Below, in pieces: positions 24,473 to 35,372 of a DNA stretch of 64,000 bases; position 1 is the stretch's first letter, and the number at the start of each line of letters is the position of its first letter. Origin of the DNA: an uncultured Gammaproteobacteria bacterium (GTDB taxonomy: Bacteria; Pseudomonadota; Gammaproteobacteria; CAWCPV01); assembly GCA_963797555.1 (NCBI GenBank), contig CAWCPV010000003.1, positions 480,001-544,000 on the forward strand, written 5' to 3'. The translations under genes were made by a program, and so were the position numbers. The notes under the pieces are model-generated. The model had not been told where the DNA came from and made no database searches. It was given only the letters and a program-made list of their open reading frames with translations.

Positions 24473-24859
24473 CTAGGCGCGGCGGGAGCGAGCCTTCAAC
24501 TCGTAAGCGAGCGCGAGAAACGCGCCGATAGCCGCACCTCCCAGCACCCATATGCATACGGTGAAAGGTCGGTGCACATCCCCTCCAAAGTTGACGAAGG
24601 TCCCCGCGAGCCCGCAGCCAAGAACCGCGGCAATCAAGAGGGCCATCCCCATCTCCGAGAGCCGCTGGCCTTCTTCCGCGGGAGTGCGCGCATGCAGGTC
24701 CATAGCGACGGCAGCAAGCAACCCGGCCGTACCCATAGCGATGGACCCTTGCGTCTGGGTGTCCGGCTGACCGGACAGCCAACCCATCGCCAAGCCCAAC
24801 AGAACTCCGGCTAGCGCTCCCCCCGACGACAGCAACACAAATCTCAAAACAGCCTTCAT
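24473..24859 (-). CDS. Small multi-pass membrane hypothetical protein
   Basis: Four hydrophobic segments after MKAVLRF. Confidence 0.5.
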   Translation of the reverse strand: MKAVLRFVLLSSGGALAGVLLGLAMGWLSGQPDTQTQGSIAMGTAGLLAAVAMDLHARTPAEEGQRLSEMGMALLIAAVLGCGLAGTFVNFGGDVHRPFTVCIWVLGGAAIGAFLALAYELKARSRRA

Positions 24860-25409
24860 CACACCCCCCGGGACAGAAGACGGCAGCACCCGTCCCGTTT
24901 CCACCGATGCCGAGTTGCTTCCCCAGAGCCGCTGCTGACACACGCAGCAATACCTTGACACGCTGCGCAGACCGACTCGTGCAGTGCAGTAGCTTAGCAC
25001 AGATGCCCAACCCAACGCCGCCAGCGCAGCCCTTGCGGGACCGCTGGGCCCTGCGGCCAAAACCTTAACGCAGTGGTATGACAGTTTGAGGAAATATCGT
25101 TCGGACAGTGGCCGGGCCGAGGCTGCGGTGCAAGCGAGGTACGCCGGGCTCTTTGCCTGCGAGTTGGCACGGCGACAGACACTTAGGGCACAGGCGCATC
25201 ACCGCGACACCTCCGTCCCCCGATTCATGGCGGTCCGCTCGAGCCAACGTCGCCCTCCGGCACTACACCGCAGCCGACGCGCCGACGCTTTGCTCTCGCG
25301 CTCACGTACGTCATCTGCACGTTTTCGTGTAGAATAAACCCCCTCTGTTGAAACCAGCTTCTGAAACCAGCTTCGACCCGAAAGCGGGTCCGCGGAGGGC
25401 ATACCGAGC

Positions 25410-25751
25410 ATGCAGGCACCCTTGCCGGCTCCCCAGGACTACAATCCCGTTGGCCCTGTCATTCGCGACGACGATATCAACCGGGCCTATCGTCATCTCA
25501 AGGCGATGAGTCACCCATTGCGGCTACGTATCTTGTGCGTCCTGGGAGACACCGAGTTCTGTGTGGGAGATCTGGTGGACCGTATCGGGACCTCGCAGAG
25601 CAACATCTCGCAGCACCTGTCCATCCTCCACGACAAGGGAATGCTAATCTCGCGCAAGGAGGCCAATCGCGTTTACTACCGCATCGCGGATCCAGGCATC
25701 CTAAGGCTCATCGGGGTAATGCACGAGGTCTTTTGCACCCCCCGGGGCTGA
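25410..25751 (+). CDS. ArsR/SmtB regulator, BigR/SqrR-like
   Basis: LKAMSHPLRLRILCVL, SQSNISQHL, C-terminal VFC; two-Cys pattern of persulfide sensors. Confidence 0.85.
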   Translation: MQAPLPAPQDYNPVGPVIRDDDINRAYRHLKAMSHPLRLRILCVLGDTEFCVGDLVDRIGTSQSNISQHLSILHDKGMLISRKEANRVYYRIADPGILRLIGVMHEVFCTPRG

Positions 25752-26393
25752 CCACTCGGCTCCACCTCGGGAGCACCGCAACGCTAACAACGTCGGCATG
25801 CTCTTGCCCTGGCTTCCACCGTAGGCCACCATCGGTTCCCGCACCGCCCTCATAGCCTAGGCAGGCACCTCCTCCAGGGCAAGGGAACCCTGACGCGGCA
25901 GGTGTTATGCCAGAACGCCTGTGCGGCGGCTTGCCTCTCCGAAGACGTGCGCCGGCACTTCTGTCATGTCGTTACGGCTCGGGTTAGAATGGTCGCCGCG
26001 CGGCTAGGCCAAAATAGCCGACCGTCTCGCTGGATAGCCGCCGCGATCCCAGGGAACGGGCGATGACGAGGCCCATCAAGCGCTGAAGCTCGACGCGTTT
26101 CCATACAACCCGAACCGTAACCCGCAGGTGCATCGGCGCGTCGCCGACAAGGCTTTCTATGTCCAGGCCAGACTCCAGGACGGCGGGGTCGCGCGTGCGC
26201 ACCTGCAGGTGGGAAATCAGGCGCGGTGCGAGAGCAGCATTCCCCTGCCCGGACGGATCGAATACTCGGTCGCCTTCGACACGCCTGGCATGCGCACTGC
26301 CAAGCTGACGGCAGAAGTGCACGGCAGGACCTATCACCAGCGCCTCCCCCTCTACGTCGACGCGCACGAGTGGAGCGGCTAGAGGTGTTACCG

Positions 26394-27536
26394 ATGATCG
26401 TCATCCTACAACCCAACTTGGACAAGCGCGGCCAGGAGTACCACCAGGTCATCCAGTATCTGAGCAACCTGACCAACATCCAGGTGCGGGTGCACGAAGA
26501 GCTGGGAGCCCGCCACGTCCTCACCGAGCTCTATCTGATCGGAGAGACGGGGTCTCTCAATACCGAGGACATCCAGAGCCTGCCAGGGGTAGAGCGTGTC
26601 GTGCGCGTCTCCGAAGACTATCGCATCCTCGGCCGGCACAAAGACGCCACACGCTCCAGCCACTTCGAGTACAACGGCGTCGTCTTCAGCCAGGATAACC
26701 TGAGCGTCTTCGCCGGCCTCTGCGCCGTCGACACGCCCGACCACGCCGCGTTGGTCATGAAGGCGCTGAGGGACAACGGACAAATCTGCACGCGTATGGG
26801 GGCCTACAAGCCGCGCACCAGCCCCTATGCGTTTCAGGGGCACGGCAAGGCTTGCCTACCTTACGTGTTCGACCTCGCCGGCAAGTACGGGATCAAGGTA
26901 GTCGCCATGGAGGTCACCCACGAAAGCCACATCGACGAGGTGCGGGAAACCCTGGACCGGCTCGGTAATCCCACCGGGGTCATGCTCCAGATAGGTACGC
27001 GCAACACCCAGAACTTCGAGCTGCTCAAGAGCGCCGGGCGCCAACAGCAGTTTCCGGTACTGCTGAAACGGGGCTTCGGCATCACGCTCAATGAGTCCCT
27101 CAACGCGGCGGAATACCTGGCGAGCGAGGGTAACCGCAAGGTGATTTTCGGCCTGCGGGGGGTCAAGACCAACATGGGAGACCCCCACCGCAACTTGGTG
27201 GACTTCGGCCACGTCCCGGTCGTCAAGCGGCTTACGCGGATGCCGGTGTGCATCGACCCGTCCCACTCCGTGGGCTCGCGCGAGGTCGCCCCCGACGGCA
27301 TACTGGAGATCGTGCACGCCACCGCGCAAGGTATCATCGCGGGAGCCAACATGGTCCTGGTGGACTTCCATCCCGCGCCGGAGACGGCCCTGGTCGACGG
27401 CCCACAGGCGTTACGCCTGGAAGAGCTGCCGTATTTTCTCGAGGACGTACGCATCGCACGTCAGGCATACGAGGATCGCGCCGCCCTGGCCAAGAAGCTG
27501 CAGAAATCGGCCGTTTGGCAAACGGTTCGCGAGTAG
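26394..27536 (+). CDS. DAHP synthase family protein (class I-beta-like)
   Basis: MGAYKPRTSPYAFQGHG, QIGTRNTQNFELL, PVLLKRG, DPSHSVG. Confidence 0.85.
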   Translation: MIVILQPNLDKRGQEYHQVIQYLSNLTNIQVRVHEELGARHVLTELYLIGETGSLNTEDIQSLPGVERVVRVSEDYRILGRHKDATRSSHFEYNGVVFSQDNLSVFAGLCAVDTPDHAALVMKALRDNGQICTRMGAYKPRTSPYAFQGHGKACLPYVFDLAGKYGIKVVAMEVTHESHIDEVRETLDRLGNPTGVMLQIGTRNTQNFELLKSAGRQQQFPVLLKRGFGITLNESLNAAEYLASEGNRKVIFGLRGVKTNMGDPHRNLVDFGHVPVVKRLTRMPVCIDPSHSVGSREVAPDGILEIVHATAQGIIAGANMVLVDFHPAPETALVDGPQALRLEELPYFLEDVRIARQAYEDRAALAKKLQKSAVWQTVRE

Positions 27537-27690
27537 GACTGGGCCGACAAGCGTATCCCCTGGTATCCGCCTGGGCATGGAGTCCTTACGCCAAACCTGG
27601 CTCATGCTGAACTTCGCGGGCGGACGCGGTCTCTGGTGCGGCCGGGCTGGCTGGGTGCTTTTCAATCAAGTGTCGTTGGAGGTCAGTGCC

Positions 27691-27882
27691 ATGCAAAAGA
27701 ATGTTGGAAACATCGACAAAGTCCTTCGGAGCGTTGTCGGAATCGCGCTGCTGAGCCAGGTATTTGCCGGCCCGCTGGGTCCGGTCTGGTGGGGGTGGAT
27801 CGGCATCGTTCCCCTAGCCACCGTTCTCCTAGGCTGGTGTCCAGCTTACGCCCTCATTGGAGTGAGCAGCCGTAAAGGGTAG
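27691..27882 (+). CDS. DUF2892 (YgaP-like) membrane protein
   Basis: NVGNIDKVLR...GWCPAYALIG. Confidence 0.88.
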   Translation: MQKNVGNIDKVLRSVVGIALLSQVFAGPLGPVWWGWIGIVPLATVLLGWCPAYALIGVSSRKG

Positions 27883-28345
27883 CCTTGCGCGTCCGCAGCT
27901 TGGTCACGGATGGGCCAGCAGCAGACTCGGCAGCCGCGCAGCTTGACCGCAAGCAGTGACCGCGACGCGCCGTGCTAGAGCGGATCGAAGGGGTCGAGGG
28001 GACGCTGCGTGCCCGTGTGCGACCCGTTTTCAGCGTTGCCAGGGGCGGGACTCGGGGACGAAGCGCCAGGCCGATCAGCAGCGCCCGGACACTAAGCCAG
28101 ACGACGGGTAGCGAGTCAAGGGACCGCATCAAGAGGTGCCGCCACGCGTGGCGCATGCGTGTCGGGCTCGCAGACCCGCAGCGGTCCCTGGTGGATGGCT
28201 TACCGGCCGTCGGGCGAACCCACGAAGTACCGCGGGACCCAAGACCCGGATGCTCACCCCGGTTGCTTGGCGGCGGCGGTAAGTGTCTGAACGTACGCGC
28301 CGGGCACCGCAGAACCCCGCACCCCTTCCGAGCACGGGTGTCAAC

Positions 28346-28864
28346 ATGACAGCCAAGTGGGCCGGCTGCGTGCTGTTGGCGCTCGCCGCGTTTGGGTCGG
28401 TCGACTCATCTTGGGCAGGCGCCAGACGGGTCGAGCCGCCGTACCGGCCGCCGCGTGCGGTGTTCGATTTCTATTTCGACGAGCCGGACAAGGTCAACGC
28501 TGCGCTGTATTGGGTCAGGGCGCTCATGAATCCGTTAATGCAGGCGCCCTACGACATGGCGCCCGAGCTGATGAGCATCAAAGTGGTGATCCACGGCACC
28601 GAGATCGTCACTGTCGCCAAGAAGAACTACGAGCGTTATCGCGACGCCGTCGACCGTATGCGCTACTATGCAAGCCTGGGTGTGGAATTCAAGGTCTGCG
28701 GCCTGGCAGCCGAGGATTACGGGTACCGTCTTGAGGACTTCCAGGATTTCGTGGAGGTCGTTCCCTCCGCCATCACCGAGCTAGCTTACTGGGAGCAACA
28801 GGGGTATGCCCTCATCGCACCCCACATCATGGACAGGCGGGACAGCATCGAGCAGATACGCTGA
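28346..28864 (+). CDS. Exported DsrE-family protein
   Basis: Signal peptide, KVVIHG, GVEFKVC, VPSAITELA..EQQGYA. Confidence 0.8.
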   Translation: MTAKWAGCVLLALAAFGSVDSSWAGARRVEPPYRPPRAVFDFYFDEPDKVNAALYWVRALMNPLMQAPYDMAPELMSIKVVIHGTEIVTVAKKNYERYRDAVDRMRYYASLGVEFKVCGLAAEDYGYRLEDFQDFVEVVPSAITELAYWEQQGYALIAPHIMDRRDSIEQIR

Positions 28865-29004
28865 GTTGTGAATAGATCCGCTGCCGTCCCCAGAGCGGCG
28901 TTGCGCGGTCCTCGCTGCTTGCCCATGTGCTCGGCGTGTCTCGTACCCGCGCTCCCAGCGCCCCGCTCGCGGGCCGCTCGGGACGGTTTCTGCACAAGCT
29001 CTGA
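28862..29004. repeat. About 140-bp imperfect palindromic element beginning at the stop codon of the DsrE gene
   Basis: Ends TGAGTTGTGAATAGATCCG and CGGTTTCTGCACAAGCTCTGA are degenerate inverted repeats related to the 8819 TIR. Confidence 0.6.
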
Positions 29005-29048
29005 TACCCCGACCTCACCTATTTTGTAGCCGCTCGCCGTCGGTCCGC

Positions 29049-32000
29049 GTGAACGCGAAGTCCCCGCATTCCATTCTCGAGCCGCTGCTGGCCAGCGGTC
29101 CGCGTGACAAGGTACGCTGGGGCGGGCTTCAGGGCAGCGGCCTGGGGCTTGCCATCGCCGAGACCTCCCGCAGGCATGCGGGGCTTGTTCTCGTCATCGT
29201 TCCCGATGTCGCCACCGCCCACCGCCTGGAGCAGGAGTTACGTTTCTATCGTGGGGAAGACGAACGCTGTCTGCTACTGGGGCTTCCAGACCGGGAGACG
29301 CTGCCATACGACCTGTTCTCGCCGCACCAAGACATCGTTTCCCAAAGACTCGAGACCCTCTATCGGCTTCCCAGTCTGAGCGCCGGAATTCTCGTCGTAG
29401 CGGCTCCTACCGCGATGCACCGGCTCCCCCCGCGGATTCATTTGGAGTCCCGCGCGCTGCTGGTGTCCAGGGGTCAGCGGCTGCCTCTGGAGTCGTTGCG
29501 CGAACGCCTCCAGGTCGCCGGCTATCAATGCGTCGGGCAGGTCATGGAACGCGGAGAATTTGCCGTGCGCGGCGGACTGCTGGACCTTTTCCCCACAGGC
29601 AGCGGAGTGCCCTATCGCATCGAGCTATTCGACGACGAGGTGGAGAGCATTCGGATGTTCGACCCGGAGACTCAGCGCTCCACGGCACGCATGGATCAGA
29701 TCCGGCTGCTACCGGCGCGGGAGTTCCCGCTGGATGAGGAAGGCGTCACCCGGTTTCGGCAAGGCTGGCGCAGCACCTTCGAAGGAGACCCGCAGGCCAG
29801 CCCAGTCTATCGGGATGTCAGCCAAGGCTTCGCCCCGGCTGGCATCGAGTATTACCTGCCGTTGTTCTTCGAGCAGACTGCAACGCTGTTCGACTATCTG
29901 CCAGGCAGTACTCTGTGCGTGATTCTGGAAGACGTTGAGCGGGCGGCGGAGCGTTTCTGGCAGGACACCAAGCTGCGTTTCGAGCAACGCTGCCACGACC
30001 GGCAGCGACCCGTCCTCGCCCCCAGACAGCTATTCTTACAAACTCCAGAGCTCTTTGCGTCCCTGTCCGGTCTGCCGGCGGTGTACGTGAACGCGGGCCT
30101 GACGGAGCCTCGACAGGGTGCGCTCAACTTCGCTAGCGCCGCTCCCCCGACTCTCCGGGTCAGCGCCCGCAGCCATCACCCCCTAACCGCTTTGGAGGAA
30201 TTCCTGGAGACGTTCCCGGGCCGGGTGCTGTTCGTAGCCGACAGCGTCGGGCGCCGCGAGGTGGTGCTCGAACTGTTGCGTGATCAGAACATCGAGCCGC
30301 TGCCGGTGGACGGGTGGGGCTCCTTCTCGCAGTCTGACATCCGCCTCGGCATAACGGTCGCGGCGCTCGACCAGGGGCTGCTGCTGGCGGAGCCCCCGGT
30401 CGCTGTCGTCACCGAGGAACAACTGTTCGGCGATCGGGCGGCGCAGCCGCGCTCCAGGGAGCGGCCGGTCCGCGATCCGGAGTTGCTGGTGCGCGACCTT
30501 GCGGAGCTCGCGCCCGGGGCGCTGGTGGTCCATGAGGAGCACGGCATCGGTCGCTACCAAGGGCTCCAAAACCTAAACGTGGACGGAGTCGAGTCCGAGT
30601 TCCTGCTGTTGGAGTATGCCGGCGGCGATAAGCTCTACGTGCCGGTCGGCTCACTGCACGCCATTCGACGCTACACCGCCAGCGCCCCCGAGCAGGCAGT
30701 GCTGCACAAACTCGGCTCCGGCCAGTGGGAGCGGGCAAAGCGCAAGGCCGCGGAGCAGGTGCGCGACGTCGCGGCCGAGCTGCTGGAACGTCTATGCGCG
30801 GCGCGCGGCGCGCCGAGGGCATCGGTTCGGCATGGACACGGAAGCTTACCGGGCCTTCGCCGCCGCGTTCCCCTTCGAGGAGACGCCGGACCAGGAGGAA
30901 GCCATACGCAGCGCGCTCGCGGACATGCAGGCGGACACACCGACCGACCGGCTGGTATGCGGCGACGTGGGCTTCGGCAAGACCGAGGTCGCCCAGCGGG
31001 CCGCCTTCGTCGCCGTCCAGGACGGCAGACAGGTAGCGGTCCTGGTGCCGACGACACTGCTTGCACAGCAGCACTACCAGACCTTCCTCGACCGCTTCGC
31101 GGACTGGCCGGTCAAAGTCGAGAGCCTGTCGCGCTTCCGGTCACGCAAACAGCAGCAGGAGGTCTTGGAGGGCTTGGCCGAAGGGCGAGTGGATATCGTG
31201 ATCGGCACCCATCGTCTGCTGTCCCCGGATGTGCACTTCAAGCATCTCGGATTGGTGGTGGTGGACGAGGAGCACCGTTTTGGGGTACGCGACAAGGAAC
31301 GCCTGAAGGCGCTGCGCGCCGAGGTGGACTTGCTGACCCTCACCGCGACGCCCATCCCGCGCACCTTGAACATGGCTCTCTCCGGGCTGCGCGAGATCTC
31401 CGTCATCGCGACCCCGCCGGCGCGACGGCTGGCCATCAAGACGTTTGTCCGCGAGTGGGACGGGCCGCTCATCCGAGAGGCGGTGATGCGCGAGCTGATG
31501 CGGGGCGGTCAGGTGTACTTCCTGCACAACGAGGTGGAGTCCATCGAGCGCGCTGCCCGAGATCTACGGGGCCTGGTCCCCGAGGTCAGCCTCCAGATCG
31601 CCCACGGCCAGATGCGGGAGCGGGAGCTGGAACGCGTCATGCTGGACTTCCACCACCAGCGTTTCAATGTGTTGGTATGTACCACCATCATCGAGTCGGG
31701 GATTGATGTTCCGAGCGCAAATACCATCATCATCGAGCGCGCCGACCGCTTCGGTCTGGCACAGCTACACCAGTTGCGCGGCCGCGTGGGTCGCTCGCAT
31801 CATCAGGCCTACGCTTATCTCATCGCTCCGCCACGGGGCGCCCTCACGGCGGATGCGGCGAAGCGCTTGGAGGCCATCGAGTCGCTGGAGGAGCTGGGGA
31901 GCGGGTTCGTGCTCGCCACTCACGACCTGGAGATCCGCGGAGCAGGCGAGCTGTTGGGGGAGGAGCAAAGCGGCCACATCCAGAACATCGGGTTCTCGCT

Positions 32001-32550
32001 TTACATGGAGTACCTCGAACGCGCGGTGTCGGCCCTCAAGTCGGGGCGCGAGCCGGATCTCGAGACCGCCTTGCGGCGCGATACGGACGTCGATCTCCAC
32101 ATCCCGGCTCTGCTGCCCGAAAGCTACGTGCCGGACGTGCAACTGCGCCTTGTGCTCTACAAGCGCATTGCCAGCAGCACGACGCCGGAGGCCCTCCGGG
32201 ACCTTCACGTAGAGATGATCGACCGTTTCGGGCTGCTGCCAACGCCCGCCAAGAATCTGCTTCGCATCAGCGAGATGAGGCTGAAGGCGCGGGCGCTGGG
32301 GATTCGCAGGATCGACCTGGGCCCCCAGGGCGGAAAAGTCTTGTTCCAGGCTCAGCCGAACGTCGATCCCATGGCCGTCGTCAGGCTGATCCAGGGACAG
32401 CCCAAGATCTACCGCCTGGAGGGGCAGGACGCGCTACGCGTGAGCCTGTCTCTGGCGGACGCAGAGAGCCGTTTTCGCGCCGCCCAGAGTCTGCTGGACG
32501 CCTTGGGCACCGAAGCCGCGGCGGTTCCCCGTCAGCGCGCTTCCGGTTGA
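29049..32550 (+). CDS. mfd: Transcription-repair coupling factor (one frameshift near 30790)
   Basis: LPYDLFSPHQDI, VVHEEHGIGRY, CGDVGFGKTEVA, VDEEHRFG, QLRGRVGR. Confidence 0.96.
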
Positions 32551-32751
32551 TGGTGGCGCCGCGACCCCGCTGGGCCGGAGGAACGCCGCGCGGGCAGAGC
32601 TGAACCCATCCCCGCTTTGGCGCCAAGCGCGCCCCGTAGGCACACGTCCAGCCCACCGGCTCGGAGATCTCCATGCGGCGCGATGACTCATTGACGGTGC
32701 AGGCGGGCGCGGATCTGCCCACGTCAACGGATAAGCGTCACAAGAGTGCTG

Positions 32752-34799
32752 TCAGTTCAACCCCAACGCCTTAAACGCCGCCTGGCGCATATCGCCGAAG
32801 AACACCGGGTCGACCTGCTCCAGCACGTCCGCGTTGACTTCCAAAAACTGCCGCTTGTTCTCGATCGGGATGAGCGCCCGTTTGGCCCCGTTGTCCATGG
32901 CGACCTGGAGCGGTTCGGTGAGGGAGCGCACGGGCTTGATGTTGCCCTGGATGCTCATGTCACCCAGGACCAGGAGCGCCGGCTGCGGGGGCGACTTACG
33001 CAGCGCGGAGTAGGCGGCAACGAAGAAGGCGACGCCGATCTCGGCCTCCACCTTGTTTCCGAGCAGGTCGATGACCTCGACGTGGAAGTCGGAGGTGTCG
33101 ACTTCCCGAGCGTACTCCGAACGCAGTCTTGTTCGCAGAGCAGGTAGCTGAAGGCCCTGGTCACGGACTCTTTCATCGCACCGCTAACGCCGCCCGCGAG
33201 CCTGAGCTTCCCGGTCCCGGACGACAAGGTGACCTCGACACGGTAGAGACCAACGGTGCCTTCTCCGCTCACGGATGCGGTATAGAGCGGTGCCGGGCGG
33301 CAGCGGGTCGGCGGAGATCAGGTCGCGACCACCCTGCTCAGGCACCCCGACGAACTTCTCCTCGCCGGTCTCGTTGACTTGGTAGCTGAACGAGGTCTGG
33401 TAGTACTCGAAGGAGCCCATCTTCTTGAGCTGCTCCTTCACCCGCCGGCGGCCTTCGATCGCGAACTGCAGGATCTCTTCGAGGTCGTCGCGCGAGACCT
33501 GGCCGTGCGGGATGGAGGATCTTCACCAGTCCCGGAGACGGTGCGGCGGACCGCCTTGCGATCGCGGGCGTTGAGGTGCGGCGCCGAGCGAAAAGTAGTG
33601 GTCGATGATCTCGGTGTAGTTGTGCTTGCGGAGGTCGCGCAGGGCCTCGGCGAGGTAGTCGACGACGAAGCCGTAGTGATCGGTGAAGTGCTCGTTGCGC
33701 ATCTTGGGCACTTCCCAGCCCGGCAGGTAGAAGTGCAGCCGGTCGATGAACGCCATGTCGTCGCGGATGACGTCGGGCAGTCGGCGCGAACAGGTGGCCG
33801 GTCTGCACCATCACGTCGACGGGCTGCTGGGTGTTGCCGAACATCGCGATGCTGGCGTAGCCGGCCATCGCCTCCTGGCCGCGCTGGAATTGGCCTGACT
33901 CGCAGTAGGTCTTCATCATGGTGATGACCTCCTTCGGCATCTTCTGGAGGTCGGCGACCTCGTCGAAGCCGATGGCATCCCAGATCTGGACCATGCCCTT
34001 GTAGCGGCCCTGCTGCTGCCCGAAGAGGTTGGCCACCGTCGTCGGGCCGGTGAGCAGCGCAGAGTAGGGGGAGAGCTCCTGCACCGCGTAGCTCTTGCCC
34101 GTTCCGCGAGGGCCCAGCTCGATGAGGTTGTAGTTGCGCTCGCAGAGCGGGATGAGCCGAGTGAGGAACAGCAGCTTGAGCCGCCGCTCCATCGACCGTT
34201 GGCTCGTAGCCCATGCTGCGCACCATGAAGTCGAGCCACTCGTCGGTGGTGAACTCGGCACGCAGCCGACGGTATTCGTCGAGATCGAAGGTCGCGAGCT
34301 GGATCGGGGTGAGCTTCTCGATCCAGAACGGGTACTTGCCCCTGGTCTCCTCGTCGTACTCGAAGCGCATGTCGATCTGCGCCCAGATGCCGCCGGTGAG
34401 AAGCCGGTCGAAGTCGCGCACGTAGTGGTCGGGGATGTGGACGTACTTGTGGCCGAAGTTCGTGACCTCCGCCCAGTACTGGGAGTCGACCAGGCGGACC
34501 TTCACCTTGTCGATGAAGGTGTGCCGGCCGTTCTCCTTGACCTTGCTCTGCGCCTTGGTACTCTCGTCCGGGCGGATGTAGTTGTCGGCCAGGGTGTCGT
34601 TGACCACCTGCAGCCCCATCTGGATCGCCATCTCGTCGGACGAGGCGCAGTACTTCCCGAGCAGGTACTCCAGCACGAACACCGGAACGTTCGCGCCGAC
34701 CTTGACCTTCCGCACCAGGTCCTTGCGGACGACCTTGCCGGCGAAGACGCGGTTGACCTTGTCGTCAAGGGAGTCGCGAGACGGGGCGGTTTCGGTCAT
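32752..34799 (-). CDS. brxL: BREX Lon-like protease BrxL (multiple frameshifts)
   Basis: GKVVRKDL, NVPVFVLEYLLGKYC, ELGPRGTGKS, AFIDRLHFYLPGWEVPK, C-terminal Lon-like domain; spread over about 6 ORFs. Confidence 0.88.
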
Positions 34800-34801
34800 T
34801 G

Positions 34802-34838
34802 TTGGTTGGTCGTCAGTCGTTGGTCGTCAGTCGTCAGT
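34802..34838. repeat. Heptamer array, downstream arm of four-helix-bundle cassette
   Basis: Plus strand TTGGTCGTCAGTCGTTGGTCGTCAGTCGTCAG, i.e. CTGACGA-type units on the transcribed strand. Confidence 0.85.
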
Positions 34839-35187
34839 GTCGGGATGACCGCAAGGCGTTGAGCATTCGACCCACGCCCGCGCAATCATCCATGATCAGA
34901 GCTAACGAGTCGTTCGGCAAAAAGCCCAACCGATGTGCCAGCTCCGCGTGGGTTTCCAATTCCATCAACGACCCGTACGCGATTGCACAGAAGCGCGTCA
35001 ACTCGGCATCTGTGCCTCGACCCCGTCCCTCGGCAATGCTCGACGGGACCGAGACTGCCGCACGGCGCATCTGGACGGTCAACCCGAACCGCTCATCCGG
35101 CGGGAAACTCTTCGTCGCTTCGTAGACATGTTCCGCAAGCAGCATCGCCTGCTCCCAGACCCGCAAGTCTCTATAGCCTTTGCTCAT
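34834..35187 (-). CDS. Four helix bundle protein (23S rRNA IVS/S23, Avd-like fold)
   Basis: YRDLRVWEQAM, FPPDERFGLTVQMRRAAVSVPSSIAEG, IAYGSLMELET. Confidence 0.92.
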   Translation of the reverse strand: MSKGYRDLRVWEQAMLLAEHVYEATKSFPPDERFGLTVQMRRAAVSVPSSIAEGRGRGTDAELTRFCAIAYGSLMELETHAELAHRLGFLPNDSLALIMDDCAGVGRMLNALRSSRH

Positions 35188-35189
35188 TG

Positions 35190-35368
35190 GCGGTCATCGG
35201 TCATCGGTCGTTGCCAAGGAATCGTCCGGCTGCCGCAGTCCTCCCGCTGACGACCGAAGACCGACGACCGGCGACTCTCCCTCCCTGACGACTGAAGACT
35301 GACGACCGACGACGCCCTGCGCCCTGCAGTCCTCCCGCTGACGACGGAAGACTGACCACCGACGATTC
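35190..35368. repeat. Degenerate heptamer arrays, upstream arm of four-helix-bundle cassette
   Basis: Mostly TCGTC(A/G)G-type units on the transcribed strand; GCAGTCCTCCCGCTGACGAC occurs twice. Confidence 0.85.
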
Positions 35369-35372
35369 TCGC

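Noticed and set aside
26128-26382. 84-aa ORF upstream of the DAHP synthase
   Set aside because: Possibly a real gene or remnant, but no clear start or family recognised
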